The notes beneath the pieces are model-generated. The model saw nothing but the letters and a program-made list of their open reading frames with translations, ran no database searches and was not told where the DNA came from. The position numbers and the translations under genes are program-made. A stretch of DNA of 64,000 bases from Macrostomum lignano (taxonomy: Eukaryota): assembly GCA_002269645.1 (NCBI GenBank), contig NIVC01000575.1, forward strand, positions 1 through 64,000, given 5' to 3'. Positions 60,311 to 64,000 of the stretch are shown piece after piece (the first letter of the stretch is position 1; each line of letters begins with the position of its first letter).

Positions 60311-60581
60311 AGTCAGTCAGTCAGTCAGTCAGTCAGTCAGTCAGTCAGTCAGTCAGTCAGTCAGTCAGTCAGTCAGTCAGTCAGTCAGTCAGTCAGTCAG
60401 TTAGTCAGTCAGTCAGTTAGTCAGTCAGTCAGTCAGTCAGTCAGTCAGTCAGTCAGTCAGTCAGTCAGTCAGTCAGTCAGTCAGTCAGTCAGTCAGTCAG
60501 TCAGTCAGTCAGTCAGTCAGTCAGTCAGGCAGGCAGGCAGTCAGGCAGGCAGTCAGTCAGTCAGTCAGTCAGTCAGTCAGT
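60311..60581. repeat. (CAGT)n microsatellite
   Basis: Directly visible. Confidence 0.97.
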
Positions 60582-61734
60582 TTCATTACAGTAGCTTCAG
60601 TCGCTACTGGAAGTAGGATCTTGGCAAGTAGTGCGTTGTATTGTTGATGCCACGCTCATATCTGCACAAAAAGGGGTAAATTAGCGCAAGAAATCGAATA
60701 GCAGTATCGGAAGTTCTCAAAGCAATGCGTAAGGCTACAGTAAATGACAGAAAATAGTTATCGAATTCCGGATTTACGATATTACAGCTTTACCCAGAAG
60801 CTACACAGGCTAATACCTTGTAGCTCGATTAGCTCGTAGGTTTTAAAAAACTTTGCATCTAAAACTGCTTTTAGTCAGTCGAGTAGCTCCTGATGCTCCG
60901 ATGGGAGTCGGTCGGGACCCCGGTCAGCTGGCGTGGATCGGAGATTGGGGTGCCGGGTGACCATAAATCAGACATGTGGCGACACACACGCATTCTGTTT
61001 GCGGTGTCCGTCCGCCGCCTCCCCCCCCTTATAGCCGACCGAATCGGAGGAAGCCATAGATCACTTGAAAATAAAGACCCACCCCCGGCAGCCTTGGCCG
61101 GCAGCACCGCTTCCCATATCTCCCCCCCCCCCCTATCAGTACCGCCGGCTAACAACAGACAGAGGGAGACGCAAACGGCGCATGGGGAGGTGGGCCCTAA
61201 ATCAATCGGCTTCAGGGGAGGGCAGCGCTCCCAGGATTAACTGATCCACGCGCGTTGGCCCCGGCAGCCATCTCTCCTCTTCTATCGGATAGGCAAAGCT
61301 CTATGAGAGCCCGCGGCGATAAAAGAGCCACCAGGCGTCCAAGGCCCAGAGAGGCTGGCGAGGTTGACAAGTTAAACGATGGGGCCGATTCCGCTGATTG
61401 ATGAAGCCGCGCACCGGGCCGGGAGATGGAAGGATGAGCGAAGCTCAAAGAGATGAAGGGAAGCGGTGAACAATATATAAATTCTTCTCCAACTGGCAAG
61501 TGCCCCAGCGGGCCAGATCAAAAAGGAAGTAGGCCTAGGGGCTCTGAGAAGAGATTACAGTGGACGATGATGGTCTGCCGCTCAATGTTCACAACAATGC
61601 CGCCTGTTGCCCTCCCTCTGTTCTGCCCGTCAGTCCTGTTAGTTTCCAACCAGTGGTGCATCCAAGAGGAGTCACAGGGGTCTTGACCTCTCCTAGACGG
61701 GTGACCATGAGTTTCTGATGACGAACTTGACGTA

Positions 61735-62670
61735 TTGTAAGTCTATGGCCCCAATAGTAAGTCTATGGCCCCAATAGTAAGTCTATGGCCCCAATAGTAA
61801 GTCTATGGCCCCAATAGTAAGTCTATGGCCCCAATAGTAAGTCTATGGTGTCTATTGTAAGTCTATGGTGTCTATTGTAAGTCTATGGTGTCTATTGTAA
61901 GTCTATGGTGCCTATTGTAAGTCTATGGTGTCGATTGTAAGTCTATGGTGTCTATTGTAAGTCTATGGTGTCTATTGTAAGTCTATGGTCTCTATTGTAA
62001 GTCTATGGTGCCAATTTTAAATCTATGATCTCTATTGTAAGTCTATGGTGTCTATTGTAAGTCTATGGTGTCTATTGTAAGTCTATGGTGCCAATTGTAA
62101 GTCTATGGTGTCTATTGTAAGTCTATGGCCCCAATAGTAAGTCTATGGCCCCAATAGTAAGTCTATGGTGTCTATTGTAAGTCTATGGTGTCTATTGTAA
62201 GTCTATGGTGTCTATTGTAAGTCTATGGTGTCTATTGTAAGTCTATGGTGTCTATTGTAAGTCTATGGTGTCTATTGTAAGTCTATGGCCCCAATAGTAA
62301 GTCTATGGCCCCAATAGTAAGTCTATGGCCCCAATAGTAAGTCTATGGCCCCAATAGTAAGTCTATGGCCCCAATAGTAAGTCTATGGCCCCAATAGTAA
62401 GTCTATGGCCCCAATAGTAAGTCTATGGTGTCTATTGTAAGTCTATGGTGTCTATTGTAAGTCTATGGTGTCTATTGTAAGTCTATGGTGTCTATTGTAA
62501 GTCTATGGTGTCTATTGTAAGTCTATGGTGTCTATTGTAAGTCCATGGTGTCTATTGTAAGTCTATGGTGTCTATTGTAAGTCTATGGTGTCTATTGTAA
62601 GTCTATGGTGCCAATTGTAAGTCTATGGTGTCTATTGTAAGTCTATGGTCCCAATTGTAAGTCTATGGTC
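61735..62670. repeat. 20-bp satellite with two variants (aagtctatggccccaatagt and aagtctatggtgtctattgt), ~46 copies
   Basis: Directly visible. Confidence 0.97.
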
Positions 62671-63814
62671 CCAATTACGGTCCCAATATGTTCCAAATTA
62701 TGTATTAAGCGAGCAACCTTTCTTGATTACCGTGAATTAACTATCTAATACACGCTTTAATGCAAAATCAAGATAGCATTACTAACTGCAGGTTGGCAGT
62801 GCCCCTTGACGAAATATAAGTTCGACAGTTTGAATTAGAAGTTTGAAAACCAATAGTCACTCGGGATGGTTTCCCAGCAGTTTTCCTCAGTTGTTGCTCC
62901 CGGCGGCCGGTCTCAACGGGCTGCTTGCCCCGATGCTGCCGGCCGTATCAGGCCGGCGCCCCACCTCCCTCCAGAGCGCGCCTTGTCAACTCCCCCCAGC
63001 CAGCCATCGCAGTGTAGCAAGCACAATTTGAAGATTTATAGCGCAGTTCACAGCGGCCTGCCAGCGCGCTCCTCCTGCAGCCTCCCAGATGCTGATAAAT
63101 CAATGCGCAATGCTGCTGGTCCCTGAGAACCGACTCTCCGGGGCTCCGCTCTCAAACATAAATTTGAGCAGCCAAAAGCCAACGCACACAGCTGGCGGCC
63201 TCTTTGGCCTTCCAGGCCGCTCCAGTATTCCAGGAAACTGTCGGAAAGGCCCGCAGGCTCTCGCGGGGTGGGGGCGATAATTTATCAGATGGATTTTCAA
63301 ACCGAATAATTGTCCCATAAATCTCTCCTCTCCCCCCGCCCCGCCACCCTGCCCAGCATCTCCCAGGCGCTCCATCAGGGGGGCTCAGTGAAATCCCCAG
63401 CAATAATTGATCCTTAGGTGGTCTCCGGCGCACGCCGAAGCCATTACGCAGCCATCCATCAGAGCCGCAAGTGCGCCTGGCTGGAGACTGAAGGGAGCTT
63501 TCTGTGAAATAACTCAAGACAAAGTCTCGGCGTGCAGCTGGTTGGAGTCATGGCAGCAGCTGATTAATCAAGCAAACAGCTCCAAGCATTCGGCATTAGC
63601 AAAACATTTGCTTGTTTCAAGTGGGTTCGACTCTGAGTATCTCACGGCTAGAGTTGTCTGTGCGAGTCTGAGCAAACCAGGCTGACAGGTCTCAAGCTTT
63701 GGACTCTAATTACCTGCTATCAAAGTTTATAGTCTTGATTGATTTGTAGCTAATGCCTGTGTTAGGTGTCAGAGAGGGTACCAATAGTACAGCTGACATG
63801 TAAATGTAGGTGTC

Positions 63815-64000
63815 AGATGCTCGCCAATAACAGGATCATGTGTTGTGTCAGATGCTCACCAATAGCAGGATCATGTGTTGTGTCAGATGCTCACCAATAG
63901 CAGGATCATGTGTTGTATCAGATGCTCACCAATAGCAGGATCATGTGTTATGTCAGGTGCTCACCAATAACAGGATCATGTGTTGTGTCAGATGCTCACC
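63815..64000. repeat. 35-bp minisatellite tgttgtgtcagatgctcaccaatagcaggatcatg, runs off the window end
   Basis: Directly visible. Confidence 0.92.

Noticed and set aside
60871-63685. GC-rich short ORFs near the window end
   Set aside because: No recognisable domain, signal peptide or consistent exon chain; could be a 5' region of a gene outside the window but unsupported

Overview
Eukaryotic (metazoan) genomic DNA with spliced genes; it is not prokaryotic and has no CRISPR array. GC-rich codons, an extreme minisatellite load and (TTAGGG)n repeats fit an invertebrate such as a free-living flatworm (Macrostomum-like; this is inference). Nine protein-coding loci could be reconstructed by hand: an AMPA/kainate-like ionotropic glutamate receptor (-, runs off the window start), a divergent type II pantothenate kinase (+), a small secreted peptide precursor (-), CFAP69 (+), an ammonium transporter with two duplicated TM1-coding first exons (+), a POLR1D-isoform-2-like small protein (-), a PPP1R14/CPI-17-family PP1 inhibitor (+) and an intronless DEG/ENaC channel (-), plus a decayed P/THAP9-type transposase. 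Between them lie two copies of a tRNA-derived SINE with TSDs (one nested inverted in an older SINE), LINE remnants, Mutator-like and hAT MITEs with readable TSDs (some nested), a 4.4-kb non-autonomous Helitron carrying a satellite array and telomeric repeats, and about 18 tandem arrays. Most long ORFs over the arrays are artefacts. The most notable items are the uncharacterised peptide precursor, the duplicated Amt first exon, the altered iGluR gate and linker, and the PanK active-site substitutions. All alignments were done by eye or from remembered family motifs; no searches were run.
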